Source of the DNA: a plasmid
Length of the DNA stretch: 55,804 nt
Direction: 5' to 3' (one strand)
Sequence record: NC_022046.1
The notes under the pieces are model-generated. The model ran no database searches, was not told where the DNA came from, and was given only the letters and a program-made list of their open reading frames with translations. This document shows positions 1 through 9,159 of the stretch, piece after piece (the stretch's first letter is position 1; each line of letters starts with the position of its first letter). A program made the translations under genes and the position numbers.

Positions 1-333
1 TCCTAACAAGATTAATGTAATAATAACAGCAACAGCTTCGAAATATGTTTCATTTGGACGAGCAAACATAGCGTAAAGACTGTAAACATATGCAATAGTT
101 GTGCCTAATCCAACAAGCGTGTCCATATTGGCATGATGATTTTTGAACGAAGCGACTGCAGTACGCAAGAATGGCAATCCTGAGAACCAGTAAACTAATG
201 AGCCAAAGGCAAACAGAATCCAAACACCATATTTATCGCCTCCAAGCATGGAACCGCCAAAGCTCATAAACATATTGATAAGCAATGGGACTGATCCGAT
301 GACACCTATGATAAAACGATTTTTTATTGACAT
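1..333 (-). CDS. Heavy-metal (P1B-type) ATPase, N-terminal 111 aa only; the gene continues beyond the window start. No N-terminal HMA domain; likely copB-like.
   Basis: Minus-strand translation from ATG (rc of 331-333) gives MSIKNRFIIGVIG... with two TM helices then NMDTLVGLGTTIAYVYS, a typical P1B-ATPase early motif. RBS AAAAGGAGAT lies 5 nt upstream. Last gene of the copY operon on the same strand. Confidence 0.6.
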   Translation of the reverse strand, partial: MSIKNRFIIGVIGSVPLLINMFMSFGGSMLGGDKYGVWILFAFGSLVYWFSGLPFLRTAVASFKNHHANMDTLVGLGTTIAYVYSLYAMFARPNETYFEAVAVIITLILLG

Positions 334-371
334 AAAGTATCTCCTTTTGTAACTACATTAAAAATAGTTTT

Positions 372-644
372 TTATTTAACTGAATAGCTCCCCAGGATCA
401 TTTTCATACCGCAAGACCAATTATGACGTCCTTTTTCAACTGGAGTGAAATTAAAAGTGACAGATTCATTTAAGGGTAAATTTCGAAGTTCTCCATTGAA
501 GATAATTTGCTGAGCACAACCTTTATCAGAGACACGAGTAAAAGAGACTTCAGCTGGCTCTCCAGCTTTTAACTTAAATTTACTAGGAGAGTAACCTCCG
601 TCAACAACTACTTCTACTTTATTATTAATTTTTGATCCGAACAT
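372..644 (-). CDS. Small cupredoxin-like (Cupredoxin_1-type) copper-binding protein.
   Basis: 90-aa ORF with RBS AAGGAGGA. Shares GGY.P...L / SCGM motifs with the adjacent paralog and sits between copY and the ATPase. Confidence 0.5.
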   Translation of the reverse strand: MFGSKINNKVEVVVDGGYSPSKFKLKAGEPAEVSFTRVSDKGCAQQIIFNGELRNLPLNESVTFNFTPVEKGRHNWSCGMKMILGSYSVK

Positions 645-686
645 TTTATATCCTCCTTAGGGTATATTAGTATTTAATTTGTGATT

Positions 687-1058
687 CTATTTGATGATGA
701 TTTTTCCATGGAACATATTCATCCCACATGAATATATAAACTCGCCTGACTTAGATGTATCAATCAAAATAGACACATCCTGATTGAGTGGTAAATCCGC
801 ATCCACTCCAAAATCTGGAAAAATAACTTTTTCAAGACAAGATGAGGCATCTTTCCGGTTAAAGATCAAGTTAACTGGGACATCTTTTTTTAAATTTAAG
901 ACTGCTGGATTATATCCTCCATTTACCACAATAGTAGCTGTTTGTCCATCAGAACTGATAACGGCAGTTTCCTGATGGACCTCATGTTTGCCAAAGAACC
1001 ACCATCCAATAAAAGCAATTAGAGTCAATCCAATAATAAGTACGATAATTTGAGACAT
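687..1058 (-). CDS. Membrane-anchored cupredoxin-like protein, paralog of 372..644.
   Basis: 123-aa ORF with N-terminal TM helix, RBS AAGGAGAA, and GGYNP / YSCGMNMFHG motifs parallel to the 90-aa neighbour. Confidence 0.5.
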   Translation of the reverse strand: MSQIIVLIIGLTLIAFIGWWFFGKHEVHQETAVISSDGQTATIVVNGGYNPAVLNLKKDVPVNLIFNRKDASSCLEKVIFPDFGVDADLPLNQDVSILIDTSKSGEFIYSCGMNMFHGKIIIK

Positions 1059-1072
1059 GTTATTCTCCTTTT

Positions 1073-1567
1073 CTAATTATTATCACAACAATTTAATCTG
1101 TTTATACAATCACAAGTTACTTCGTCAACAACATTTTTGCTACTTAGTTTTTCGCTGATAGCTTCTTTATTTTCAGCAGTAATACTACTCGCGTCAATCA
1201 TTTCTAAAATAACATTGGCATGTTTATGTGCACAAATTTTATTCAAAAAAGATAGTGTCATTTGGCAAATCGCTTCATCTTCAGAACAAGTTGCAATATA
1301 GACATATTTACGACCATCACGACTGTTTTTTAATAATCCTTTTTTAATTAAACGCGCTAAAAATGTTTTTATTGTGGAAGGGCTCCACTGATAAGTTTCA
1401 CTAAGCTCACGTCCAATTTCATCTGCTGTAGTACTCCCTAGAGACCAAACGACACGCATAATAACTAATTCACTGTCCGAAATATTTAATTCTTTTAATA
1501 TTTTAGGATCAGAAGGTAATTGGCTCATTAGTACTTCATTTGAATTACTTTGATGTTTATTTTCCAT
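1073..1567 (-). CDS. copY: CopY/TcrY (BlaI/MecI/CopY family) copper-responsive repressor.
   Basis: Winged-helix N-terminal domain (SELVIMRVVWSLGSTTADEIGREL) and C-terminal CxCx4CxC metal motif (CDCINRLNCC). The internal ATG at 1567 has a perfect RBS AGAGGAG; the ORF track starts 5 codons upstream at 1582. Confidence 0.75.
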   Translation of the reverse strand: MENKHQSNSNEVLMSQLPSDPKILKELNISDSELVIMRVVWSLGSTTADEIGRELSETYQWSPSTIKTFLARLIKKGLLKNSRDGRKYVYIATCSEDEAICQMTLSFLNKICAHKHANVILEMIDASSITAENKEAISEKLSSKNVVDEVTCDCINRLNCCDNN

Positions 1568-1604
1568 GATTTCTCCTCTCAATTTTTATGGTATGACCAA
1601 AGTC

Positions 1605-1648
1605 TACTCTTGTAGATTTAATTTGTCAACTAAAAATTTACATTTGTA
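1605..1648 (-). promoter_or_regulatory. copY operator/promoter region with cop-box-like motifs.
   Basis: TACATTTGTA (1639-1648) fits the TACAnnTGTA cop box exactly. A second near-match TACTCTTGTA is at 1605-1614, just upstream of the copY start. Confidence 0.5.
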
Positions 1649-2296
1649 GATGATAAATTTAATAGAGAAAAAAACCTTTTTTCGTTTAGTCATATAAGGT
1701 TGATTACGAATTAACATATTGCTGATATTAGATAATCATCTATGCTACTACACAAAGTAAATTTTTAGTAGCAGGTTAAATTTATTTATTTATATTTCAA
1801 TCTATTCAGTAACAACGTGTTCAGTTAAATTTTCAATATCATTCTTTCTGAAAAATGATATTGTTAAAATAATGATAGATATTAATGCTAGAGTTGTTTT
1901 GGACAGAAATAAAATTTTTTTAAAATATGTTGTTTTTACCAGAAAGGACTGACTCAGGAAAAACCAAGCTGACTAAGGTATGTTAATATCTTAGAATCAA
2001 ATATTCACGGTGAATATAAAAAACGACTGGTTATGATTCTAAAATTGCTGTTGCAGGATATTAGAAGATTGCCCATGGAGTAACTAGTTACTAAATAGAG
2101 AAAAAATAATCGAAGATTCTTAGCGGAAGTGATTCTGATGCTTCAAACCACGCTTCTAGATATACTCTCTAAATCTAAGGGCTCAAAGGGAAGTCTGTGA
2201 AGAGCGAGAGGGAGGAGACATGGTGAGATTCATTTAATATAAGATCCATATGTGTCATTTTTCTACCTACTAATGGCAAAGAAATTTATCGTTAAA

Positions 2297-2326
2297 CGAA
2301 AAAAACAAGTGATAAAAAATCACTTG
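2297..2326 (-). terminator. Intrinsic terminator after the MATE gene.
   Basis: Hairpin CAAGTGATAAAAAATCACTTG (2306-2326), followed on the minus strand by a T7 run, immediately after the stop at 2328. Confidence 0.5.
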
Positions 2327-2327
2327 C

Positions 2328-3569
2328 TTAAGAAGAAAGTTCGTTATTACTGTTTAAAATTTGAAGATTTCGTTTGAAATGATAGGTTAAAAAAAGAGAA
2401 CGCACATATAGATCCAAGCCGATTGCCAACCACACTCCAGCAATCCCTAAACCCATTATACTCCCTAAAAGTATTACACCTAGTATTCGTGTGATCCACA
2501 TCCCAAATGCGGTGCTATATAATGGGGTTTTAGTGTCTCCCATTCCTTGGAGTACTTCTGCTAATATTAGACTGATAGCTAATCCTGGTTGATTAAAAGC
2601 GTCAATTTTGAGTGCAATGACAATTTGATTGATTGCCTCAGCATCTATGGTAAACCAAGGTGCAATATATGGCGTACCAAAAAACAATCCTATACCTAGA
2701 ATACTTAAAACAATAACACCGTATTTAACCGCATAAAGTGCAACACGTTTTGTTTCAGCATAGTCTTTTTTTCCAATACTATTTCCTGCTAAAGTTGCTG
2801 CAGCAGTAGCTAACCCATAGGCTGGCATATAGACAAAACTTTCAATGCTGCCTGCGATGGAGTGAGCTGAATAAGTTTTTGCGCCAATTGCTACGATCAC
2901 TCCAAAATACAAAACTTGCCCTAACCGCATCACTAAACGTTCTAATGCAGCAGGAAACGATAGTTTTAATAATTCTTGATAATTACTTCGTTGAAAGATT
3001 GAGAGTAAAGGGAAAGAAAGAACAGATAAATGTACTTTTCGATATAACAAAATAGTACCTAGTAATCTCGCAACTAACGTTCCTATTGCTGTTCCTACTA
3101 CACCCAAAGCTGGTATAGGTCCTAAACCAAAAATCAGAATATAATCTAGGGAAATATTTAGAATATTCGTGATAAGTCCAATTTTCATAGGAGTTTTCGT
3201 ATCACCTATCGCCCTTAACATACTTCCTAATATAATCATTGTGGCAATAGCCACCGATCCGCCACCTACTATACTAAAAAATTGTAAGGAATAGTTAAGT
3301 GTTTGTTTTGTTGCACCCATTAAGTTTAAGAGTTGTGGACCTATTAGAAGACTCACCAAACCCAGAAATAAACCCGAGACGATTGCTAATAGTAAAGATT
3401 GTTTAGCAATTAACTTCGCCTTTTCATTATTTTTTGCTCCAATATTTCTAGAAATCAGAGAAGATGTTCCGATTCCTAAAGCAATAAATACAGCAATATA
3501 AACATTTAGTATTGCATTTGCTATCCCAATCCCTGCTACAGCAAATAATCCAATCTGAGAAATCATCAA
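2328..3569 (-). CDS. MATE family multidrug efflux transporter. Interrupted near its 5' end by a frameshift in an A7 run; the full gene would be 2328..3660.
   Basis: 413-aa ORF with 12 predicted TM helices and MATE-like sequence. The upstream in-frame sequence encodes LIKLALPATVENILETSVGFVDSL (canonical MATE N-terminus), and an ATG at 3660 (MTRMLKK) is out of frame by 1 nt at the A-run 3637-3643. Confidence 0.7.
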   Translation of the reverse strand: MMISQIGLFAVAGIGIANAILNVYIAVFIALGIGTSSLISRNIGAKNNEKAKLIAKQSLLLAIVSGLFLGLVSLLIGPQLLNLMGATKQTLNYSLQFFSIVGGGSVAIATMIILGSMLRAIGDTKTPMKIGLITNILNISLDYILIFGLGPIPALGVVGTAIGTLVARLLGTILLYRKVHLSVLSFPLLSIFQRSNYQELLKLSFPAALERLVMRLGQVLYFGVIVAIGAKTYSAHSIAGSIESFVYMPAYGLATAAATLAGNSIGKKDYAETKRVALYAVKYGVIVLSILGIGLFFGTPYIAPWFTIDAEAINQIVIALKIDAFNQPGLAISLILAEVLQGMGDTKTPLYSTAFGMWITRILGVILLGSIMGLGIAGVWLAIGLDLYVRSLFLTYHFKRNLQILNSNNELSS

Positions 3570-3712
3570 CGAATCAACAAATCCTACAGATGTTTCTAAT
3601 ATATTTTCGACCGTAGCAGGAAGTGCTAACTTAATCAGGTTTTTTTAACATTCTGGTCATCGTTAGATTCGATTTTCATTGTCTTCATATACAACCACTC
3701 AATTCAATTTAT

Positions 3713-4519
3713 GGTTCTGTTGCAAAGTTCAAAGAAGTAAAATGATATCTCAACTATTTTCTAATTTTAAGCTGGAACACCCATTAGATTATTTATTTCA
3801 TGAATCACTGAAAAGCCAAAGAGAGAAAAGTCTCTTTGGCTAGTTTTGTATAAAGCATGTATAGTTTCAATTCCTTTGATTGTGGATGAGGCAGTCCTTA
3901 TGGACTGATATAATTTGTGCCTTTTCTTGATAGGCCTATGATCTTGTTCAATGATATTATTCAAATATTTACTCGTTCGATGTTCAGTGTTAGAAAATAA
4001 ACCTTCAGATTTAAGTCGATTGAACGCACTGCTTAGCGAAGGAGCTTTGTCCGTTACAAAAACTCTAGGTTCTCCAAATTGCTTGATTAATCGTTTAAAG
4101 AAAGCATAGGCCGCCTGTTTATCCCGATTCTTTCGCAACCAAATATCTAATGTCAAACCTGTAGAATCGATGGCACGATACAAATAATGCCATTTTCCTT
4201 TTACTTTAATATATGTTTCATCCATTCTCCAAGAATCGCTAGCAGACTTATTTCTTTTCTTCCATAGGCAATAAATAATCGAACCATATTCTTGTACCCA
4301 TCGATAAACAGTTGTGTGACAAACCTTGATTCCACGCTCATTAAGGATTTCTGAAACATCACGATAGCTCAAATTGTATCTTAAGTAGTAGCCCACGGCT
4401 ACCATGATGATATCCTGTTTGAATTGTTTACCTTTAAAATGGGACATTGTTATTCTCCTCGTGTAGTTTCTTCCATTCTACACTAAATAATCAGTTAAAT
4501 AAAACTTTGCAACAGAACC
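3713..4519 (-). mobile_element. IS6-family insertion sequence (IS1216/IS257-like), copy A, 807 bp.
   Basis: Terminal inverted repeats GGTTCTGTTGCAAAGTT at 3713-3729 and rc at 4503-4519. Contains a single 226-aa transposase gene. Near-identical second copy at 42186..42992. Confidence 0.85.
3767..4447 (-). CDS. tnp: IS6 family transposase.
   Basis: 226 aa starting MSHFKGKQFKQDIIMVAVGYYLRYNLSYRDVSEILNERGIKVCHTTVYRWVQEY, the hallmark IS6 (IS1216E / IS431-like) N-terminus, with a DDE core. Confidence 0.9.
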   Translation of the reverse strand: MSHFKGKQFKQDIIMVAVGYYLRYNLSYRDVSEILNERGIKVCHTTVYRWVQEYGSIIYCLWKKRNKSASDSWRMDETYIKVKGKWHYLYRAIDSTGLTLDIWLRKNRDKQAAYAFFKRLIKQFGEPRVFVTDKAPSLSSAFNRLKSEGLFSNTEHRTSKYLNNIIEQDHRPIKKRHKLYQSIRTASSTIKGIETIHALYKTSQRDFSLFGFSVIHEINNLMGVPA

Positions 4520-5010
4520 CAATTTTCCAAGTTGGGAAAGCGACCTTGCTACGTGTGAGTGACGTCATGAAATTAAAAAAAACAGATGTCTTTAATCTTG
4601 ATGGAACAGTCAAACAAACTGCATTTATTCATGATCAAAAAACAGGTAAGAAAAATACGTTATATTTGAAACCTGTCCAACAAGATTTAATGCTTTATCA
4701 TGCATGGCTCATCCAACAAAATATGAATTCAGAGTGGTTATTTCCTTCAACTTCTCGTCCTGATCGTCCTATTACCGAGAAACAGTTTTATAAGATTATG
4801 GCACGAGTTGGTGATCTTTTAGGAATTAACTATCTAGGAACGCATACCATGCGTAAAACAGGCGCTTATCGGGTCTATACGCAGTCAAACTATAATATTG
4901 GTTTAGTGATGCATTTATTAAACCATTCAAGTGAAGCTATGACCTTAACGTATCTTGGATTAGATCAAGCCAGTCGAGAGAATATGTTAGACCAAATAGA
5001 TTTTGGATAA
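4520..5010 (+). pseudogene. Tyrosine recombinase (phage-integrase family) 3' fragment, 5'-truncated by IS6 copy A.
   Basis: From the IS boundary the frame reads ...HTMRKTGAYRVY...HSSEAMTLTYLGLD, which carries the R/H-x-x-R...Y catalytic signature of the C-terminal domain. The first ~24 codons of track ORF 4447..5010 lie inside the IS and are not native. Confidence 0.65.
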
Positions 5011-5032
5011 TATTTTTTATTTAAAAAGAGGG

Positions 5033-5422
5033 ATGATCATTATGTTAAAAAATTACATTAGTTTGTTTAAAAAAAATATAAATAAACCTGTTTTTAGGAT
5101 GATATTTATTGTTTTAGTAGTCACATTTACCACTCTAATTATAAATATCATCCAAGGAAATCCTATACTTCAAAATATAGATTTTACTTTACTTTTAATA
5201 GGCATGTATGGATATATTTTTCTCCTCCAAAAATATATCCACCAGATATGGCTTCAATTTTTAATTAGCTTTATTGCAGCATTTATCGTTTTTACTCTTC
5301 AAATGTTTAGTGATGATAGCTATGCTGATTATACTTCTTTTGTTGTCGTTGGTGTAGTAGCTTTGTTTTTAGCTTTTATAATGGTGGTGCTCATAAAAGC
5401 TCTCTTTAAAAATTCAAAATAA
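5033..5422 (+). CDS. Hypothetical small membrane protein (3-4 TM helices).
   Basis: ORF preceded by AAAGAGGG; highly hydrophobic with no recognisable motif. Confidence 0.35.
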   Translation: MIIMLKNYISLFKKNINKPVFRMIFIVLVVTFTTLIINIIQGNPILQNIDFTLLLIGMYGYIFLLQKYIHQIWLQFLISFIAAFIVFTLQMFSDDSYADYTSFVVVGVVALFLAFIMVVLIKALFKNSK

Positions 5423-5605
5423 TAATTTTTAAAGAGATGAAATTTATAATTTGAAGATCTTATTTTATTTCTCTGGAGCTTTCTATTATCTAAGGAAATC
5501 AAAGTATTAATGGGAACACCTACTTAATAAGGTTAGACTGTCATTTTAATATTTAAATGGCGCATAGTTTGCTTCATAACTAGCGTTCAAAAAAACTAAA
5601 AAGTA

Positions 5606-5642
5606 TCATAAAAAGAAGGCACGCTTATAAACATGCCTTCTT
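5606..5642 (-). terminator. Intrinsic terminator downstream of cadA.
   Basis: Hairpin AAGAAGGCA-N11-TGCCTTCTT (5613-5642), with a T-run on the minus strand (A-run 5606-5612). Confidence 0.45.
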
Positions 5643-5654
5643 TTATTTGTTGTG

Positions 5655-7772
5655 TTATTTAACTTTCATCAATCGTAATCCGTTTAATGTTACTAAAAGC
5701 GTTGCTCCCATATCTGCTACAATAGCAATCCATAGTGTTAGCCAACCTGGTATGACTAGTAGTAGAGCTAATAGTTTTATACCTAATGAGAAGGTGATAT
5801 TTTGCTTAATTACTTTTAGAGTTTGACGGCTAAGTCTAACAATGAATGGTAATTTTTGTAAATCGTCGCCCATTAGAGCAACATCAGCAGTTTCGAGAGC
5901 CGTATCTGTTCCTGCACCGCCCATTGCAATACCAACCGTCGATGCAGCTAATGCTGGTGCATCATTAATGCCGTCGCCCACCATTGCTACTTTATTATAA
6001 GTTGTCCGCAACGCTTTAATCGAATCTAATTTTTCTTGAGGCATTAGATCTCCTTTTATTTCAGTCACACCTAATTGCTTACCAATAGATTCAGCGGTTT
6101 TAGTATTATCACCAGTAAGCATAATAGTGTGTTCAATTGACAACTTGTGGAGTTCAGAAATAACGGCAGCACTTGAATCTCTTACTTCATCCGCGACAGC
6201 AATTACTCCTAAAATTTGTTCGTCAGTACCGAAATACATGGCGGTTTTCCCTTGTTCTTGAAATTGTCTGTATTGTACTTTGACCGCTGTTTCTTCGATT
6301 ACTGATGCAGAAAACAGTTTAGGGCTTCCAATATAGTAACGTATGTTTTGATGTATACCTGTAAGTCCTTTACCTGTGATAGATTGGAAATCCTCGATTT
6401 GTATTGACTTGTAATCCACATTAGTTTTATCCGCTTCGTTTAAAATAGCAGAAGCTAATGGGTGTTGAGAAAGAGATTCCAACGATGAAATAATCGATAG
6501 ATAATTTATATCAGTTTCAGAACTGGTTGCAATGAAATCCGTTACGACAGGCTTTCCTTTTGTTAAGGTTCCAGTCTTATCGAAAGCAATTGCTCTCAAA
6601 TGACCAATTTCTTCCAGATAGACTCCACCTTTTACTAAAACACCATTTTTTGCTGCATTACCAATAGCCGAAACAATTGAAACAGGTGTTGAGATCACTA
6701 ATGAACAAGGACATCCGACAACTAAAATGGATAACCCTTGGTAAAGCCATTTATTCCAGTCACCACCAAAGAATAGCGGAGGAACAACCACTATCAAAAG
6801 GGCCATAATAATTATGAATGGCGTATAGTATTTTGCAAATTTATCTACAAAGGCTTGTGCAGGAGCTCGTTCTCCTTGCGCTTCTTCAACTAAGTGAATG
6901 ATTTTGGCAATCGTTGTATCCGTTACTTTTTTTGTTACTTTGACTTCAAGAACACCTTCTTCATTTAGTGTTCCTGCAAACACTTCATCATCTAACTGTT
7001 TTTCAACAGGAACCGATTCTCCTGTTATTGCTGCTTGATTTACTGAAGAATGACCGTTGATAACAAGCCCATCCATGGCTATTTTTTGTCCCGGTTTAAT
7101 GATCATAATATCGTCGATATCGATTTTATCGACACTGACTAATTGCTCTACATTGTTTCTCCTGATAAGAGCTTCTTTGGGAGCTATATCCATAAGAGAA
7201 CGAATCGACTGTCTTGCTTTATCCATTGAAAATCGTTCCAAAGCTTCGCTAATAGCAAATAGTATTACTACAATAGAACCTTCGGCCCATTCTCCAATAA
7301 ATGCGGCCCCAATAATTGCAATAGTCATTAAAGATTCCATGGAGAAGTCCAATTTGATCAAATCAGAGAACCCTTCTTTAAATAAATCAAATCCACCAAT
7401 TATTATTGCCAATATATAAAGAGCTTTCGTTAATAAATGATCTTCGCCCAATGATAGTTGGGAAATCACAGCAACAAGTATAAAACCAAGAGAGATGATT
7501 AAAGCGATATTCCGTTTAATAAAAGACTCTTTTGATCTAACTTGTTCATCATTTTCTTGATCATCACGAATGATAAGATTTTCGAAGGCTCCCGCTTCTT
7601 CGAGTTCTTCAATTGTTGTTTGGCCTTCTACTGAAATCCTACTTGCACCAAAGTTTACTGTTGCACTCGTAACTCCTGGCAACTGCTTTACATTTTTTTC
7701 AAATTTACCTGCACAATTTGTACAGCTTAATCCTTCTATTCGATAGGTTTTTTCGGTCATTTTCTCACTCAT
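5655..7772 (-). CDS. cadA: Cadmium/zinc-translocating P1B-type ATPase CadA.
   Basis: 705 aa with an N-terminal HMA domain ([15 protein letters not shown]), CPC, DKTGTLT and [10 protein letters not shown] motifs. Strongly resembles pI258/Tn5422-type CadA, and its stop overlaps the cadC start. Confidence 0.92.
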   Translation of the reverse strand: MSEKMTEKTYRIEGLSCTNCAGKFEKNVKQLPGVTSATVNFGASRISVEGQTTIEELEEAGAFENLIIRDDQENDEQVRSKESFIKRNIALIISLGFILVAVISQLSLGEDHLLTKALYILAIIIGGFDLFKEGFSDLIKLDFSMESLMTIAIIGAAFIGEWAEGSIVVILFAISEALERFSMDKARQSIRSLMDIAPKEALIRRNNVEQLVSVDKIDIDDIMIIKPGQKIAMDGLVINGHSSVNQAAITGESVPVEKQLDDEVFAGTLNEEGVLEVKVTKKVTDTTIAKIIHLVEEAQGERAPAQAFVDKFAKYYTPFIIIMALLIVVVPPLFFGGDWNKWLYQGLSILVVGCPCSLVISTPVSIVSAIGNAAKNGVLVKGGVYLEEIGHLRAIAFDKTGTLTKGKPVVTDFIATSSETDINYLSIISSLESLSQHPLASAILNEADKTNVDYKSIQIEDFQSITGKGLTGIHQNIRYYIGSPKLFSASVIEETAVKVQYRQFQEQGKTAMYFGTDEQILGVIAVADEVRDSSAAVISELHKLSIEHTIMLTGDNTKTAESIGKQLGVTEIKGDLMPQEKLDSIKALRTTYNKVAMVGDGINDAPALAASTVGIAMGGAGTDTALETADVALMGDDLQKLPFIVRLSRQTLKVIKQNITFSLGIKLLALLLVIPGWLTLWIAIVADMGATLLVTLNGLRLMKVK

Positions 7773-8128
7773 GCTAGCACCTCTTCTTTAAAATTTACGC
7801 CAAGCTCCATAAGATTTAAGATTTTGATATTTTTAATAAAATAGTAGACTAACTTACCATCCTTGTGACTATCAACTACTCCCAATTTTTTTAAGGAGTT
7901 CAGATGGTGTGAAGTTGTTGCGACCGAAGCATCAATGATATTAGCAATATCACAAACACATAGCTCATCTTCATGAACTAAAGCATGTACAATTTTAAGT
8001 CGATTTTCATCTGACAATATTTTAAAGAAACCACTTACTGACGGAGTATCAAAGTTTGCTAGTTTAGATTTAGCACGATTAACTTTGTCTTCATGAATAC
8101 AAGTTATTTCACAAATTTCATTATTCAT
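7769..8128 (-). CDS. cadC: ArsR/SmtB family cadmium-responsive repressor CadC.
   Basis: 119 aa with [10 protein letters not shown] and HTH sequence [13 protein letters not shown]. Forms a 4-nt overlapping operon with cadA. Confidence 0.9.
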   Translation of the reverse strand: MNNEICEITCIHEDKVNRAKSKLANFDTPSVSGFFKILSDENRLKIVHALVHEDELCVCDIANIIDASVATTSHHLNSLKKLGVVDSHKDGKLVYYFIKNIKILNLMELGVNFKEEVLA

Positions 8129-8142
8129 ACGATCATTCCTTT

Positions 8143-8166
8143 ACATTCAAATGTTTGTTTGAATGT
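8143..8166. promoter_or_regulatory. cad operator: inverted repeat in the cadC promoter region.
   Basis: Perfect inverted repeat ACATTCAAA-N6-TTTGAATGT, 15 bp upstream of the cadC start. A second TGAATGTTTGAATGT repeat lies at ~8196-8214. Confidence 0.5.
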
Positions 8167-8401
8167 ATTATATCAGAACATCCATCTATATTCAAGTGAA
8201 TGTTTGAATGTTCATAAAATGGTCATTTTCTGAACACTCTTCTTTTCCTATTAAATTTCGTGTGACTTCCATTAATAAATTTCACCGCTTTTTATTGATA
8301 ATTTTCATCTAAATATAATAACGTATAATAATATAAGTAGCCCTTTTGCTGTTAGATCAAAAGGGCTACTTTTTATTGGCTGAAGAGATCCTTTTAGTTT
8401 A

Positions 8402-9001
8402 TTAGTTCGAATTTTTAATTCGATATACGGTTTGTCTTGTAATACCACTTTCTTCAGCTATTTTTGAAATAGACTCTCCTTTACTTAACATGTCAATGAC
8501 TCTCTGATAGATAACTCGTTTCTGTGGATCTTTTGAAGTAGGCGAATATAGAATAGGTCTTCCTTTGTAAATTCCTTTTTGCTTGGCACTGTGAATGCCT
8601 TGTGCCTGCCGTCTCTTACTCTCTGCTCGTTCTTGCTCGGCAATCATGGCTAATATCTGGATAATCAAGTCTTTAATAAACTTATCCAATAATGGATTTC
8701 CTATTGCTTCAGCCATAATAGGCAGACTCGTAATAACCAGTTTGACCTCTTTTTCTTTTAGAAAATAAACGGTTTGGATGATTTCATCATAATTACGACC
8801 CAATCGATCAATCGCTTCTACCATAAAAGTGTCACCACTTCGAACAAATTGCAAAGCTTCTTGAAATGCTTTTCTATTTTTAATAGAAGCTCCTGACTTT
8901 TGTTCCGTAAAAATTTTTTCAGCACCAAAACTTTTGAGTGTTTCGATTTGTCGTGTTAAATTTTGTTCTAAAGTTGAAACACGAGCATAAGCAATTTTCA
9001 T
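8402..9001 (-). CDS. Serine recombinase (resolvase/invertase family).
   Basis: N-terminal catalytic domain [14 protein letters not shown]..., catalytic Ser, C-terminal HTH (GITRQTVYR). The start at the internal ATG (9001) has RBS AGGAAGTGG; the ORF track starts at 9034. Confidence 0.85.
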   Translation of the reverse strand: MKIAYARVSTLEQNLTRQIETLKSFGAEKIFTEQKSGASIKNRKAFQEALQFVRSGDTFMVEAIDRLGRNYDEIIQTVYFLKEKEVKLVITSLPIMAEAIGNPLLDKFIKDLIIQILAMIAEQERAESKRRQAQGIHSAKQKGIYKGRPILYSPTSKDPQKRVIYQRVIDMLSKGESISKIAEESGITRQTVYRIKNSN

Positions 9002-9078
9002 TTTCCCACTTCCTATTTTCTGACTGTTTATCACACACCCTAAACATACACTAAAAATCGTTTGTTTTCAATCTGTTT

Positions 9079-9116
9079 TATATGTCTAATTAGGGTAGAC
9101 CCTAATTAGACATATA
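9079..9116. promoter_or_regulatory. 38-bp near-perfect palindrome between the divergent resolvase and transposase genes (candidate res/crossover or operator site).
   Basis: TATATGTCTAATTAGGGT-AG-ACCCTAATTAGACATATA; the 18-bp arms are perfectly complementary. Confidence 0.4.
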
Positions 9117-9159
9117 ATCTGATATATGAAATAATTTGTTCATATCAGGAGGTGAGGAA

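Noticed and set aside
4447-4519. First 24 codons of track ORF 4447..5010 (MLFSSCSFFHSTLNNQ...).
   Set aside because: They lie inside the IS6 terminal region (rc of the transposase leader). The native recombinase sequence begins at 4520.
3705-4527. 8-bp target-site duplication for IS6 copy A (CAATTTAT versus CAATTTTC, 6 of 8 matching).
   Set aside because: The left flank does not encode the missing N-terminus of the truncated recombinase in any frame. The partial match is therefore treated as coincidence rather than an intact duplication. No duplications were found for IS6 copy B, either IS21 copy, or the IS3 element.
7057-7419. 120-aa ORF antisense inside cadA. Similar antisense or embedded ORFs occur at 784..975, 12273..12719, 15545..15802, 15639..15896, 18525..18713, 21213..21689, 21295..21495, 22270..22455, 22485..22682, 27853..28104, 29008..29244, 29672..29917, 29694..29915, 30294..30701, 30698..30925, 31819..32004, 32007..32276, 33016..33201, 33522..33707, 33975..34319, 34584..34787, 37096..37341, 37523..37795, 38994..39219, 39841..40059, 40892..41131, 45772..46005, 47069..47269, 47808..47990, 48293..48526, 49564..49755, 52659..52850, 53273..53535, 54357..54701 and 54861..55442.
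   Set aside because: All lie within, mostly antisense to, strongly supported genes. They lack RBSs and have skewed composition, so they are shadow ORFs.
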